Shown: positions 23,738 to 33,070 of the stretch, piece by piece
Layout of the letters: each line of letters starts with the position of its first letter
Position numbering within the stretch: the stretch's first letter is position 1
Assembly (NCBI GenBank): GCA_030606265.1
Contig: JAUWGT010000002.1
Location: forward strand, 1 to 45,915
Reading direction: 5' to 3'
Source: Candidatus Stahliibacteriota bacterium
Lineage (GTDB): Bacteria > Hydrothermota > Tepidihabitantia > SM23-42
Length of the DNA stretch: 45,915 bases
Position numbers and translations under genes: made by a program
The notes under the pieces: generated by a model
Databases searched by the model: none
Told to the model about the DNA's origin: nothing
What the model saw: the letters and a program-made list of their open reading frames with translations, nothing else

Positions 23738-26700
23738 TTATGATCTTTGCTTTCTCAGGTTTTCCTTCGGCTTTTTCTTCCGCTCGAAAAGCGTGTATAT
23801 TACGGGGATGAACACGAGGGTCAAGAATGTTGAAATTAACAATCCACCGATGACTGATCTTGCCATGGGCGCACGCATCTCACTGCCGGCCCCGATACCG
23901 AGTGCCATGGGGATCAACCCAAAGCTGGTGGTCAGTGCGGTCATAAGGATAGGTCTAAGACGGACTCTTCCGGCCTCGACCACAGAATCAAAAAGCGACA
24001 TACCTTGCTCGCGGCGCAGCTGATTAGTATAGGTAATATAAACGATCGCATTGTTGACCACGATACCGCCGAGCAATAGCACACCCATCAGGCTTTGCAT
24101 ATTGATCGTCGTGCCGGTAAAAAAGAGCATCCATACGACACCAATGAGAGCGAGTGGTACGGTAAACATGATAATGAACGGCTCTTTGAATGATTCAAAC
24201 TGCCCGACCATTATCATATAAACAAGAACAAGCGCAAGTAATATGACAAAGCCAAGATCCCGGAATGTGTTCATCTGTTCTTCAAAACCGCCACCCATTT
24301 CAACGATGAAATCGGCGGGTTTTCGCAGGTTCTCGATGATCTTTTGGACATCAGCGGCGACACTGCCCATATCACGCCCTTCAACACTACCGGTGATCGT
24401 AACGATACGTTTATTATCCTCGTGATCAATTGAAACAGGTCCTATTGCGATTGTGTCCTTGATAAAATTTTGTAATGGTATCTCGCCGACCGGGGTCGTT
24501 ATCGTCATCGCTATTAATTTTTTAAGATCATTCCGATATTTTTTGTCGATCATGAGTTTAATATCATACTCATTACCTTCTTCTCGGAATTGACTGGCAA
24601 CCGCGCCTTCCAAACGTGAACGCAGAACACTACCGATCTGATAAGGCGTGAGTCCGAAATTCGCGGCCTTGCGGCGGTCAATGAGCAGCTGGTATTCTGG
24701 TTTTCCTTCGCCAAAACTCGATTCAAGACTAACGAGTCCTTCAACGGTTTGAAGCGTATCCATTAATTGGTCAGATATATTCTTTGCTTTTTCACGATTA
24801 TATCCGAAAATTTTGATCTCAATAGCGGGGCCGCCGCCGAACATAGAAAAATCATCCTGACCGAATGTTACTTTTAATCCTGGAATGATATTCTCTATCT
24901 TGGGTCGCAGGTCATGCTGAATATCGAAGACTGAACGCGCACGTTTTTCACGATGAGGAAGCTCGATCCATATTTGAGCAAAGTGAGGACCTGCAGTGCT
25001 CATGAATAGACTCATCATACCACCGGAACCAGCACCTATTGATGTCGACATTATGTTGATCTCAGGTACCTCCTCGGCGATGATCTTTTCGAGGTCTTTG
25101 ACCGCTGAATCAGTGACCCACATATTCGTACCGACCGGCATTTCGGCATTGATAATGATCTCACCCTGGTCTACCTGGGGAGTTAACTCGGTGCCGATCA
25201 GCGGTACCAGACCTCCCAGACTGACAACGAAGACACCAAGGGTGACGAGTATTACTATTAACCTATGTTGCAGGGCCCACTTGATGATGCGTGTGTATAC
25301 ATTTTCGACGCGTACATAGAAATTTGCCAGTCGTTGACCAAAAGCCTGTCTTTTTAAGGTTTTGAAACGTACGGAAAGCATCGGGATGATCGTTAAGGCG
25401 ACCAAGAGAGACGAGATAAGAGCAAAAGTAACGGTAAGGGCTAATGGTTTAAAGAACACCGAAGCCAGACCGCTGACCAGAAGGAGCGGTAAAAAAACCG
25501 CGACCGTGGTCAGGGTCGATGCTGTGATCGCGGCCGTCACTTCTTTGGCTCCAGCGCACGCGGCTTTTTTGGGCTCTTCACCTTTTTCTTTGTGGCGGAA
25601 TATCGCTTCGAATACAACGATCGCTGAATCGAGGACCATACCTATCGCGATCGTTAAACCACCGAGTGAGATGATATTGAGACTGAGGTTGAAGATATAC
25701 ATGAGAAAGAGAGAGAAAAAAACCGTGATAGGGATAGCCAGTGCTATGTACAGGGTTGAGCGGAAACTGCCAAGGAAAAGAAATAGGATAACAACAGCGA
25801 GGATCGCACCGAATATCAAAGTCTCTGCCGTGCTGCGCACTGAACGGTTGATAAAATCTGCCTGGTCGAAAATGAGGTCGACCTGGATACCTGGCGGCAG
25901 GTCTTTTTTTATTTTTTCAAGTTCTTTAACGACCGCGGTCGCGACTGTCACAGTATTGGCATCAGTTCGTTTTTGTACAAAACCCCATAATGACCGCACG
26001 CCATTGGTCCGCGAGATAGAGGTCTGTTCAGATGGTGATGAACGAACATCAGCGATCTGGGAGAGCAGTATCGGTATGCCGTTATTGTTACCAACAACTG
26101 TATTTCTAATTTCCTCGAGGTTGTCATACTCACCGATCGTTCTTGCGATATAAATTTTGTTCCCGGTTTCTATATTGCCGAGTGGATAATTAATGTTCTG
26201 TGCCTGCAGCGCGCCGATAATCTGGTCCGACGTTATCCCGGTACCTTTCAGCTTGAGCGGGTTGAGCACTATCTGTATTTCTTTCATGGCTTCGCTCATA
26301 GCATATGATGCGGCAACGCCGCCCACACGCTGGAGCTGGTCGGCGATATCTTCAGCGATCTCATCCAATTCAAGCGGGTCTATATCCCCGCCTACCGTAT
26401 ACATGACAACCGGTTGCTGTGAAATATCGAACTTGAAAATCATAGGGTAGGCTGCATCATCAGGTAGATATGGAGTCAGGAAGCCTAAAACATCTCGTAC
26501 GTCATTTGATGCCGCGTCAATATCTGCTCCCCAGTCGAATTGCATAAAGATCATAGAAAGATTCTCTGATGTCGTTGAGGTCATCTTATCGAGGTTATTC
26601 ACCGTACCAAGACTTTTTTCAAGCGGGTCAGTTATCTGCGTTTCTATTTCTACCGGACCTGCCCCAGGATAACTCGTCATAATAAACATCATAGGAAATG

Positions 26701-26821
26701 TAACATCCGGGAAAAGGTTGACCGGTAGGTTAGTGACCGAAATAAAGCCGAATAGTATGACGCCAAGAAAAACCATCAATACTGTAAGAGGTCTTCTGAT
26801 CGATATCTCAGTGAGGTTCAT
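23738..26821 (-). CDS. RND efflux transporter permease (AcrB/HAE1-like)
   Basis: 1027 aa. N-terminus SIRRPLTVLMVFLGVILFG, 12-TM/two-large-loop layout, conserved GGLTIAIGMVLDSAIVV and LLGGIVVNNAIV motifs. The ATG overlaps the upstream stop (TAATG). Confidence 0.95.
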   Translation of the reverse strand: MNLTEISIRRPLTVLMVFLGVILFGFISVTNLPVNLFPDVTFPMMFIMTSYPGAGPVEIETQITDPLEKSLGTVNNLDKMTSTTSENLSMIFMQFDWGADIDAASNDVRDVLGFLTPYLPDDAAYPMIFKFDISQQPVVMYTVGGDIDPLELDEIAEDIADQLQRVGGVAASYAMSEAMKEIQIVLNPLKLKGTGITSDQIIGALQAQNINYPLGNIETGNKIYIARTIGEYDNLEEIRNTVVGNNNGIPILLSQIADVRSSPSEQTSISRTNGVRSLWGFVQKRTDANTVTVATAVVKELEKIKKDLPPGIQVDLIFDQADFINRSVRSTAETLIFGAILAVVILFLFLGSFRSTLYIALAIPITVFFSLFLMYIFNLSLNIISLGGLTIAIGMVLDSAIVVFEAIFRHKEKGEEPKKAACAGAKEVTAAITASTLTTVAVFLPLLLVSGLASVFFKPLALTVTFALISSLLVALTIIPMLSVRFKTLKRQAFGQRLANFYVRVENVYTRIIKWALQHRLIVILVTLGVFVVSLGGLVPLIGTELTPQVDQGEIIINAEMPVGTNMWVTDSAVKDLEKIIAEEVPEINIMSTSIGAGSGGMMSLFMSTAGPHFAQIWIELPHREKRARSVFDIQHDLRPKIENIIPGLKVTFGQDDFSMFGGGPAIEIKIFGYNREKAKNISDQLMDTLQTVEGLVSLESSFGEGKPEYQLLIDRRKAANFGLTPYQIGSVLRSRLEGAVASQFREEGNEYDIKLMIDKKYRNDLKKLIAMTITTPVGEIPLQNFIKDTIAIGPVSIDHEDNKRIVTITGSVEGRDMGSVAADVQKIIENLRKPADFIVEMGGGFEEQMNTFRDLGFVILLALVLVYMIMVGQFESFKEPFIIMFTVPLALIGVVWMLFFTGTTINMQSLMGVLLLGGIVVNNAIVYITYTNQLRREQGMSLFDSVVEAGRVRLRPILMTALTTSFGLIPMALGIGAGSEMRAPMARSVIGGLLISTFLTLVFIPVIYTLFERKKKPKENLRKQRS

Positions 26822-27705
26822 TATTCACTCCTTGGAATTGGATTAATCTTTTCTCCGCCGGCGAGTCTTTGTTGTCCAACTACCACGATCAGCTCACCTT
26901 CTTCTATCCCGTCGAGGATCTCCACGAATTCATCACCGATCAAACCAACAGTGACATCGCGGCGTTCTGAGGTACTGTCTTTGACTACGAACAAATAACC
27001 GTCGAGCAAAGCGTCACGTGGTATCATCAGTACATTTTCCCTGGAACCCAAGTCTAATGTCACCCGGGCGGTCATACCGGGTTTTAATATCTTTTTTGGA
27101 TTATTAAGGACTGCCTTGGCGGCTACAGTCCGGGTCAACGGATCAATGATTGGGCTCACCTCTGATACCGTACCATTGAACTGAATTTCGGGTGCAGCAT
27201 CGACCATAACGCGAACTTTGCCACCTTTGTTTATGCAATCTATTGCATTCTCAGACACATTGAAGGAAACCTCGACCCTTGAAAATTCAACGACCATGGC
27301 TACTGGCGACTGCGGGGTGACCATCGAACCATTGTCGACCATGATATTCGCGACATTGCCGCTGATCGGCGCGGTGATATGACCTTCTTCGTATTCAAAA
27401 CCTATTGTCTCATTACGCAGGGCCATGAGCTTACGGCCTTTTCTAACATAAGTACCCTCTTTAACCAAGATACGTGTGATTCGACCCATTGTCTCGGGGA
27501 AGACATATGCGGTTTTATTTGCCTTTATCGTGCCGAAGATCTCACATGTACTTTGTACATTTCCAGGCGTTACCGGAATTACTTCAACGGGTATTATTTT
27601 TTCTGTCTCCTTCTGTTCAGCAGGTTTCCTAGAAACCATAATTCTCACTGTAATTGCGATACCTAAAGCAATAACAATTACCGAAATAATCAGAAACTTG
27701 CGCAT
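26821..27705 (-). CDS. RND efflux periplasmic adaptor (membrane fusion protein, HlyD family)
   Basis: N-terminal anchor, barrel-sandwich/lipoyl-like motifs (APISGNV, VEVSFNVSE, GMTARV), and position between the TolC-like and RND genes. Confidence 0.85.
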   Translation of the reverse strand: MRKFLIISVIVIALGIAITVRIMVSRKPAEQKETEKIIPVEVIPVTPGNVQSTCEIFGTIKANKTAYVFPETMGRITRILVKEGTYVRKGRKLMALRNETIGFEYEEGHITAPISGNVANIMVDNGSMVTPQSPVAMVVEFSRVEVSFNVSENAIDCINKGGKVRVMVDAAPEIQFNGTVSEVSPIIDPLTRTVAAKAVLNNPKKILKPGMTARVTLDLGSRENVLMIPRDALLDGYLFVVKDSTSERRDVTVGLIGDEFVEILDGIEEGELIVVVGQQRLAGGEKINPIPRSE

Positions 27706-28977
27706 CTATTCCTCCTTACCAATTGCTTTTTGAATCTCAGCTCTGGATGTATAATACCGCTTCAGTGCTGAGAGATAATTAGTTCTTGCCTGCATTGCTG
27801 CAAGCTGGACATCCATGAACTCAAGGTTTGTTGCCAGACCATTGCGATATCTGATTTCAATGATCTTATATGTTTTTTCTGCCTGAGTAACATTATCCTG
27901 GGCTGCAGCAATGGATTGCTTTGCGGCCTGGGAATTGTAAAAAGCTTGTTTTACTTCAAACACGATAGCTTTTTCCAGATTTTCAAGGGCCAGCTGGGCA
28001 CCTTTTACCTGGAGAGTTGCTTGTTTATACTGAGCGAGATTTCTGAAACCGGTGAATATTGGAAAGTCAAAACCAATATTAAAAGTGATATTCGTGCCCC
28101 AATCATCGCCACCAAAACCAAATGGTTTTGTCCGTGCATAAGTTGCACCGGCAACCAGGGACGGCAAGTTTGCACGGGCGGCGATCGTTTTGCTTAGTTC
28201 TGTTATCCGGGAATATTTTTTCAGATTCTTCAATTCAATACGGTTCTTTACTGCTTCTGCAGTCAGGTTATCAATATCGAATTCATCGTCAACCATTTGC
28301 AGTTCACCGGTGAGCTTGAATTCCTGTTGCAGGGGTGATCCCAGGAGCATTTTGAATCCTTCCTGAGCCAGTTTCAAACCATTCTCGGCCCCGATCATTT
28401 GCGGTTTAAGGTTTGCTACCTGCACCTGGGCGCGGAGTAATTCGAACTGGGGTACAAGACCAGCTTTGTATCTTGTCTCAACGGATCTTGCATGTCTTTC
28501 AAGTTGAGCTAGACTTTCGTGTGATAGGTTTACCATTTCTTTTAATATAAGTATGCCATAGAATGCATCAGTTACTGAATATCGCACTTCCTGTCTTTTT
28601 CTCACCATGTCGAGTTGAGCAATATCCTTGCCGAGGTCAGAAATTTTGTAGGCATTATATATTTTACCCCAGGTAAAAAGAACTTGCTGCAAGGTAACCT
28701 GATAATTGTAATTTTCGTGCTGTCCCATTGGTATGGGTATGCTATCCAATTCAAAAACCGCAACATCACTCATATATGCATAGTAGCCGCTGGCCGAGAT
28801 ACTGGGATAAAATGCCGATCGTGCTTCATCGACCATTGCTTGCGCAGTCCCGGCATCCAGGGTCAATTGTTCAATTTCTGGATTATTCTGCAGCGCATAA
28901 TCTATTGCCTGATAAAGAGACAATTCCAATGTATCGGTCGGTGCTATACTTATAATAAATATAAAAATAAATACCAT
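27706..28977 (-). CDS. TolC-family outer membrane efflux protein
   Basis: Two tandem halves with TolC-type repeats (LSLYQAIDYALQNNPEI, LVPQFELLRAQVQVANLK, YRNGLATNLEFMDVQ). GGAGG lies 5 nt upstream of ATG 28977. The track start TTG 28989 directly follows the upstream TGA. Confidence 0.85.
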   Translation of the reverse strand: MVFIFIFIISIAPTDTLELSLYQAIDYALQNNPEIEQLTLDAGTAQAMVDEARSAFYPSISASGYYAYMSDVAVFELDSIPIPMGQHENYNYQVTLQQVLFTWGKIYNAYKISDLGKDIAQLDMVRKRQEVRYSVTDAFYGILILKEMVNLSHESLAQLERHARSVETRYKAGLVPQFELLRAQVQVANLKPQMIGAENGLKLAQEGFKMLLGSPLQQEFKLTGELQMVDDEFDIDNLTAEAVKNRIELKNLKKYSRITELSKTIAARANLPSLVAGATYARTKPFGFGGDDWGTNITFNIGFDFPIFTGFRNLAQYKQATLQVKGAQLALENLEKAIVFEVKQAFYNSQAAKQSIAAAQDNVTQAEKTYKIIEIRYRNGLATNLEFMDVQLAAMQARTNYLSALKRYYTSRAEIQKAIGKEE

Positions 28978-28989
28978 TCCTACCTCCAA

Positions 28990-29580
28990 TCAGGGTATAA
29001 AGATATTGAGTCCAATACCATGCTCCCAGATCTTTTCATCTTTATCAAAATACCCGTATTTCTCAAGCTCGGCACTCGCAATATAATTGTAGCGTGTTGT
29101 ATATTCAAGAGCGATATATTTGACCGGTCTAAGCTCCAATGTGAAACCACCGACAAAACCGACGTCCCTTTCTGACATTTCTGTATCATCAGGTAGGACA
29201 ACGACTGAACCATTGTCCAGAGCACGCCATAGATAAAGTCCAAAACCTGTTTCAAGCGTGAAGCTGAACCAGGTGGGTTCAATAAATGGAAGAAGGTCAA
29301 AGCTCGTGCATAGCGTCAGCGGGATAAATTCATATTCATAAGTATCCGTGGCGGCTACTGCCGGATAGGTTACCATGTTGCCTCTGAGTTTCAAACCTAT
29401 ATGTGGTATAAAATTCCTTATCTCCAGCTCGCCACCAAATCCCCACTCACCTCTTGGATCTTCATCATCTTGATACAAGTAATTATAAGAGTAATGGGGA
29501 CTGAAGGAAAGCATGATCCCGTTGTTTCCATTAGCTGCTGCGACCAATATGGGTAAACTCAATAAGAGAAGTTTCTTCAT
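28990..29580 (-). CDS. Putative small outer-membrane beta-barrel protein
   Basis: Signal peptide MKKLLLLSLPILVAAA, then alternating hydrophobic/aromatic beta-strand pattern. First structural gene of the efflux operon. TGA stop. Confidence 0.5.
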   Translation of the reverse strand: MKKLLLLSLPILVAAANGNNGIMLSFSPHYSYNYLYQDDEDPRGEWGFGGELEIRNFIPHIGLKLRGNMVTYPAVAATDTYEYEFIPLTLCTSFDLLPFIEPTWFSFTLETGFGLYLWRALDNGSVVVLPDDTEMSERDVGFVGGFTLELRPVKYIALEYTTRYNYIASAELEKYGYFDKDEKIWEHGIGLNIFIP

Positions 29581-29581
29581 A

Positions 29582-30172
29582 TCACCTCCTTCTTTTCAAA
29601 CCATTAAAAAATAGTTCAAGTATTTCATTTTTGTCTATTTGTTTCTTTGGTACAATAAAATTGACAAAGAATCCAGTACGTATTGTGTTGAGATAATGCA
29701 AGGCTGCTACGTGCGGCTCAATTTTTCTGAATTCTTTTTTTGCGATACCTTGTTCAATGATCTTTGCGATAATATCGATCATTTCTTTTAAGCGGAAATT
29801 CATTATCGGCTTGACCGCCTTCATGATTTTGCTGGAAAGATTGATATTCTCCATGGAAAACATAAAGAAAGAGCTTTTCAGCTGGATCATGGTATCGATC
29901 CACTCGTCCGCGATTTTTTTCAGTTTTTTTGTGGACGTCATTGATTCTTTTTCAACTTCATGTAAATAATCAATACCCACTTTAAAATGTTCTTCAATGA
30001 CACTGACATACAAGGAAGCCTTATCCTTAAAATAAAGATAGAGAGTACCCTTGGCTATCCCCGTTGCCTGTGCAATGTCAGCTACTGTAGTTTTGAAAAA
30101 ACCTTCCTTGGCGAATATCCTCAGCGCGCAGTTTATGATTTTTTCCCGGGTATGTTGTTCTTTTGTTCTCAT
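29582..30172 (-). CDS. TetR/AcrR-family transcriptional repressor
   Basis: N-terminal HTH (IINCALRIFAKEGFFKTTVADIAQATGIAKGTLYLYF). Heads the efflux operon. A palindromic operator lies upstream. Confidence 0.9.
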   Translation of the reverse strand: MRTKEQHTREKIINCALRIFAKEGFFKTTVADIAQATGIAKGTLYLYFKDKASLYVSVIEEHFKVGIDYLHEVEKESMTSTKKLKKIADEWIDTMIQLKSSFFMFSMENINLSSKIMKAVKPIMNFRLKEMIDIIAKIIEQGIAKKEFRKIEPHVAALHYLNTIRTGFFVNFIVPKKQIDKNEILELFFNGLKRRR

Positions 30173-30202
30173 ATGTATTTTGACTCCTTATTCCTGGAAA
30201 AG

Positions 30203-30234
30203 TTTATAATGACTGACCAGTCAGTCATTATAAA
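30203..30234. promoter_or_regulatory. TetR-type operator: perfect 15-bp inverted repeat
   Basis: TTTATAATGACTGAC ca GTCAGTCATTATAAA, about 30 nt upstream of tetR ATG 30172; overlaps the -10 box of the minus-strand promoter. Confidence 0.7.
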
Positions 30235-30254
30235 GAAAACCCAGAGTTTGTCAA
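30227..30254 (-). promoter_or_regulatory. sigma70-type promoter (minus strand), TTGACA / 16 nt / TATAAT, for the tetR-efflux operon
   Basis: Reverse complement of 30249-30254 (-35) and 30227-30232 (-10); both are consensus hexamers. Confidence 0.55.
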
Positions 30255-30636
30255 GGGGGGGGATATGGGCTCAAATTACTATTTTGAGAATGTCGAAATT
30301 TGTAGGAGTGGAGCCTCTAGTCAACTGAAAAAAGATGAACTTATGAAGCTAAAAAGCTCAGATGTTCTGAACCTAGTAACCTCAAAACTTCAAAATACGA
30401 CGGGCGTACGTTTCGTCCCGAGCTCAACATCGAGGGAAACGCCCTACTCCTAATTTTCAGTCAGCTTGTAGGGATTTGACCCCAACTTTCTTATGTCCCT
30501 TATTTGTGTAATCTGTTTTTCGTCTGCCTGCCCCGTTAGATATGAGTTTAATTTAATTCGTAAACATTATAATATAGTGAAAAAAATCTATTGTGCATTA
30601 CTTTTGAAAGTTAGTTTTATCTAACAGGGTGTGCGA

Positions 30637-32922
30637 TCAAAGAGTCTCAAGTAATTTTTGAGACTCTTCTGAATTGGGGATTATCTTCAAAACCCTTTCC
30701 AGCACTTTTTTCGCATCCGCCATGTTTCCGCCACGACACTTGGCAGATAGCGTCCGCCTCTTTTTTTGGCGGATCTCATTATCATGTTCTAAACAACTCT
30801 TGACAAAATGCATCGTCTCGCCTTCCAATTCATTCAAAATCACCCTCCGCATGTGCTCGGACCAGGGGTCGTACATTTTACGGAAGGGCTCACCGCGGAA
30901 CATCCTAAATGCTCTTAAATATTCTTTCTTTGCAAACACCCATTCGCCTGCGCGTTTGAGTGCCTTTGCCCGGGTAATAGTCTCTTCATAAAATTGATAA
31001 TCGGTCGTAATATATCCTTTAAAATTAAGAAAGCCACTTTTTATAAAAAGGGTATTTGGCGGTAACTTAAGATATTTTCGAAAACTGTACAAAAGATGTG
31101 AAAGCGAACCTTTTGGATCTTTGGCATGTGACCAGAAATTCTCATACAACGATTCCAAAATTGTTTTTTTGTTAAAGCTAAGGTGAATTAGAAAACTCGC
31201 ATACATTGGTGTGGGCTCATGTCGAAGCCTTACACCATTACGATAGATACATACAGGACCTAAAAATCTTAAATGGTAAACAGGAATATTTTTTTGGAAA
31301 ACAGGCAATTTCAACAACGCCTTAGGCAATCCCGTAGGTTTTCCTTTCACAAGAAGTTTGTTCACTGGCCCGGGGAAGAAAAGAACCAACCGATGAAACA
31401 ATCCCATAAGTTGCTGAGAAGTTGCGTAATTAAAAGCTTTTCTATAATCTTTTATTTTAAAGGAGTGTGAAACCTTGTGCAATAGGAAAGCGACTTTTAG
31501 CTCGGGGCTTAAGGTTGCATCTTTTGGTACAATATCTTGACCAAGGAGAATGCGTGTTAGTAGGAAATCATATCCCATCCTGGTTTTTTTCAACATTGGA
31601 GATATACTCCTGATAAGTGCCTTTGCCTTTTTCTCTTCACCAAAAGCACACAAGCAGCAGCTACAGATCATGGAGGTGGTCGCAACGTATTTATGAATTG
31701 TCTCTTTTTTTGATTGGCAAAGGGCTTGATTGGCAAATTTCACGGCTTCCTGAAGTTTCCCTTCACCAATGAGACACTGTGCTTCAATAATTTTACGCAG
31801 AGTTTTTAAACCTCTTTTTTCTATATAAAGGTTTTTTAAAATCTTCCTTGCATTGCGGTACTCTCCTGCTTTAGCAAAATACCCAGCACGCAATTCATGC
31901 AGAACCATTTTGCTCTCGGCTTTAGCGTATTCAAGACTTCTCAACAACCATGAACGCGCTTTTTTGAACGAACCGATCATAGAATAAAGTGCGGCAATGT
32001 CACTGCAGAATGAAGAAGTTGACAAACGGCGGCAGATAGTTTCGCATTTCCTAATACAGGAGAGAGCTTCTCTAATTCTTCCAAGGATACCAAGTGCAAT
32101 TCCTTCTGAGACAAGAAGGTTAAAGCGCAGAATGGTATTACTATTATCACGTTTTTCATGTTTTCTCCTCAATTTCGCCAAAAGTCTATTTACAAGAACA
32201 AGCTGCTTTTCAGGATTCTCTACCCATGCCATTGCATCTAGCTCAGAACATCCTGCACGTATGGAGAGGTATAGGAGATCTTTTTTTTGTGCCTTTATCC
32301 GCAGATTCCTTGCTTTCCTCATGGTCTTTCGAAACGGAATTTCACCAAATGTAAGGTCAAGTTTTTCGACCCTTCTTGGAAGGGCGAGAAGTCTGTCAGG
32401 AATTCTTTTGAGAATTTCCTTTCCAGCACAAGAAGGAAGGGCATTCAAAATTTGCGCTGCCTTTCTTGTATCTCCTTCATTCAACGCCTGCTCAGCTTTT
32501 TTCAAACCATCCTGCATCTCTGGAGTTATCTCATTTTTTTCATTCGATTGAGAATCACTTCTGCGAAAACCCATCAAATTATACCTGTTCCATATGCACC
32601 AAATTCCTTTGATGGAGATTTTAATCCCATTTTCATTTAGAATATCTCGCGCTTCGGAAAGAGTGAAAGAAGGTTGTTTTTCTTTCAGCATAACAATATT
32701 CTTTTCAATCAAAGGTGCAAATCTCTTTAGATGTCTTTTATATATTTTTTTTCTTCTTAGGTTCTCGTTACCTCCATCTTGACGCAATTTTATCCATCGC
32801 CTGAGTGTTCTTTGATGAATATTGAAGGAAAATGCAACTTCCTTTAAGGAACCCGATATTAGATACTTTTCTACAGCCTGGATTCGATTTTGATACCCAA
32901 TATGTCCTTTAGACAATTTCAT
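30637..32922 (-). CDS. Large regulator A: transposase-type HTH + TPR-like region + winged-helix/BTAD (SARP-like) C-terminus
   Basis: N-terminus SLKEVAFSFNIHQRTLRRWIKLRQDGGNENL plus FTLSEARDILNENGIKISIKGIWCIWNRYNL (IS630/Tc1-like HTH pair, no DDE domain). Helical repeat middle. C-terminus YHLRFLGPVCIYRNG...LYENFWS...SLSHLLYSFRKYL, then BTAD-like AKALKRAGEW..A...Y..A..MFRGEPF. Confidence 0.65.
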   Translation of the reverse strand: MKLSKGHIGYQNRIQAVEKYLISGSLKEVAFSFNIHQRTLRRWIKLRQDGGNENLRRKKIYKRHLKRFAPLIEKNIVMLKEKQPSFTLSEARDILNENGIKISIKGIWCIWNRYNLMGFRRSDSQSNEKNEITPEMQDGLKKAEQALNEGDTRKAAQILNALPSCAGKEILKRIPDRLLALPRRVEKLDLTFGEIPFRKTMRKARNLRIKAQKKDLLYLSIRAGCSELDAMAWVENPEKQLVLVNRLLAKLRRKHEKRDNSNTILRFNLLVSEGIALGILGRIREALSCIRKCETICRRLSTSSFCSDIAALYSMIGSFKKARSWLLRSLEYAKAESKMVLHELRAGYFAKAGEYRNARKILKNLYIEKRGLKTLRKIIEAQCLIGEGKLQEAVKFANQALCQSKKETIHKYVATTSMICSCCLCAFGEEKKAKALIRSISPMLKKTRMGYDFLLTRILLGQDIVPKDATLSPELKVAFLLHKVSHSFKIKDYRKAFNYATSQQLMGLFHRLVLFFPGPVNKLLVKGKPTGLPKALLKLPVFQKNIPVYHLRFLGPVCIYRNGVRLRHEPTPMYASFLIHLSFNKKTILESLYENFWSHAKDPKGSLSHLLYSFRKYLKLPPNTLFIKSGFLNFKGYITTDYQFYEETITRAKALKRAGEWVFAKKEYLRAFRMFRGEPFRKMYDPWSEHMRRVILNELEGETMHFVKSCLEHDNEIRQKKRRTLSAKCRGGNMADAKKVLERVLKIIPNSEESQKLLETL
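30923..30970. repeat. 48-nt block identical to 36824-36871
   Basis: tctttctttgcaaacacccattcgcctgcgcgtttgagtgcctttgcc is present in both regulator paralogues. Flanking DNA differs at many positions. Confidence 0.9.
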
Positions 32923-32930
32923 GGAAAAAT

Positions 32931-32957
32931 TGTATATAAAACAAGACCTTTTGTCAA
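32931..32957 (-). promoter_or_regulatory. sigma70-type promoter (minus strand), TTGACA / 15 nt / TATACA, for regulator A
   Basis: Reverse complement of 32952-32957 and 32931-32936. The ATG at 32922 starts 9 nt after the -10 with no SD, so the mRNA is near-leaderless. Confidence 0.35.
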
Positions 32958-33070
32958 GAGAAAAAATTAAGAGGTTATAAAGCCTCTAAAATCAACAATT
33001 TATGATAAGAATTAATTGCCTCAAAATACATATTTATGTTTATAATAATGCAAAATAGAAGGAGGCTTTA

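Noticed and set aside
25362-26153. 263-aa plus-strand ORF, plus similar long ORFs at 23676..24023, 24996..25319, 28615..29175, 31997..32551, 32287..32640, 35437..35856, 5947..6405, 5979..6302, 9106..9468 and 43707..44144
   Set aside because: All are antisense or out-of-frame shadows of confidently assigned genes. They have low-complexity or Arg/Ser-rich composition, no SD and no recognisable motifs.
27706-29580. Fusion of the small beta-barrel ORF and the TolC-like ORF, which share a frame across the TGA at 28990-28992
   Set aside because: The TolC-like gene has its own GGAGG SD, ATG (28977) and signal peptide immediately after the TGA. The two proteins are unrelated, so this is ordinary tight operon packing.
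30265-30453. 62-aa ORF in the spacer downstream of the efflux promoter
   Set aside because: It has no SD, atypical composition and no motif. The region is treated as unexplained non-coding sequence (see findings).
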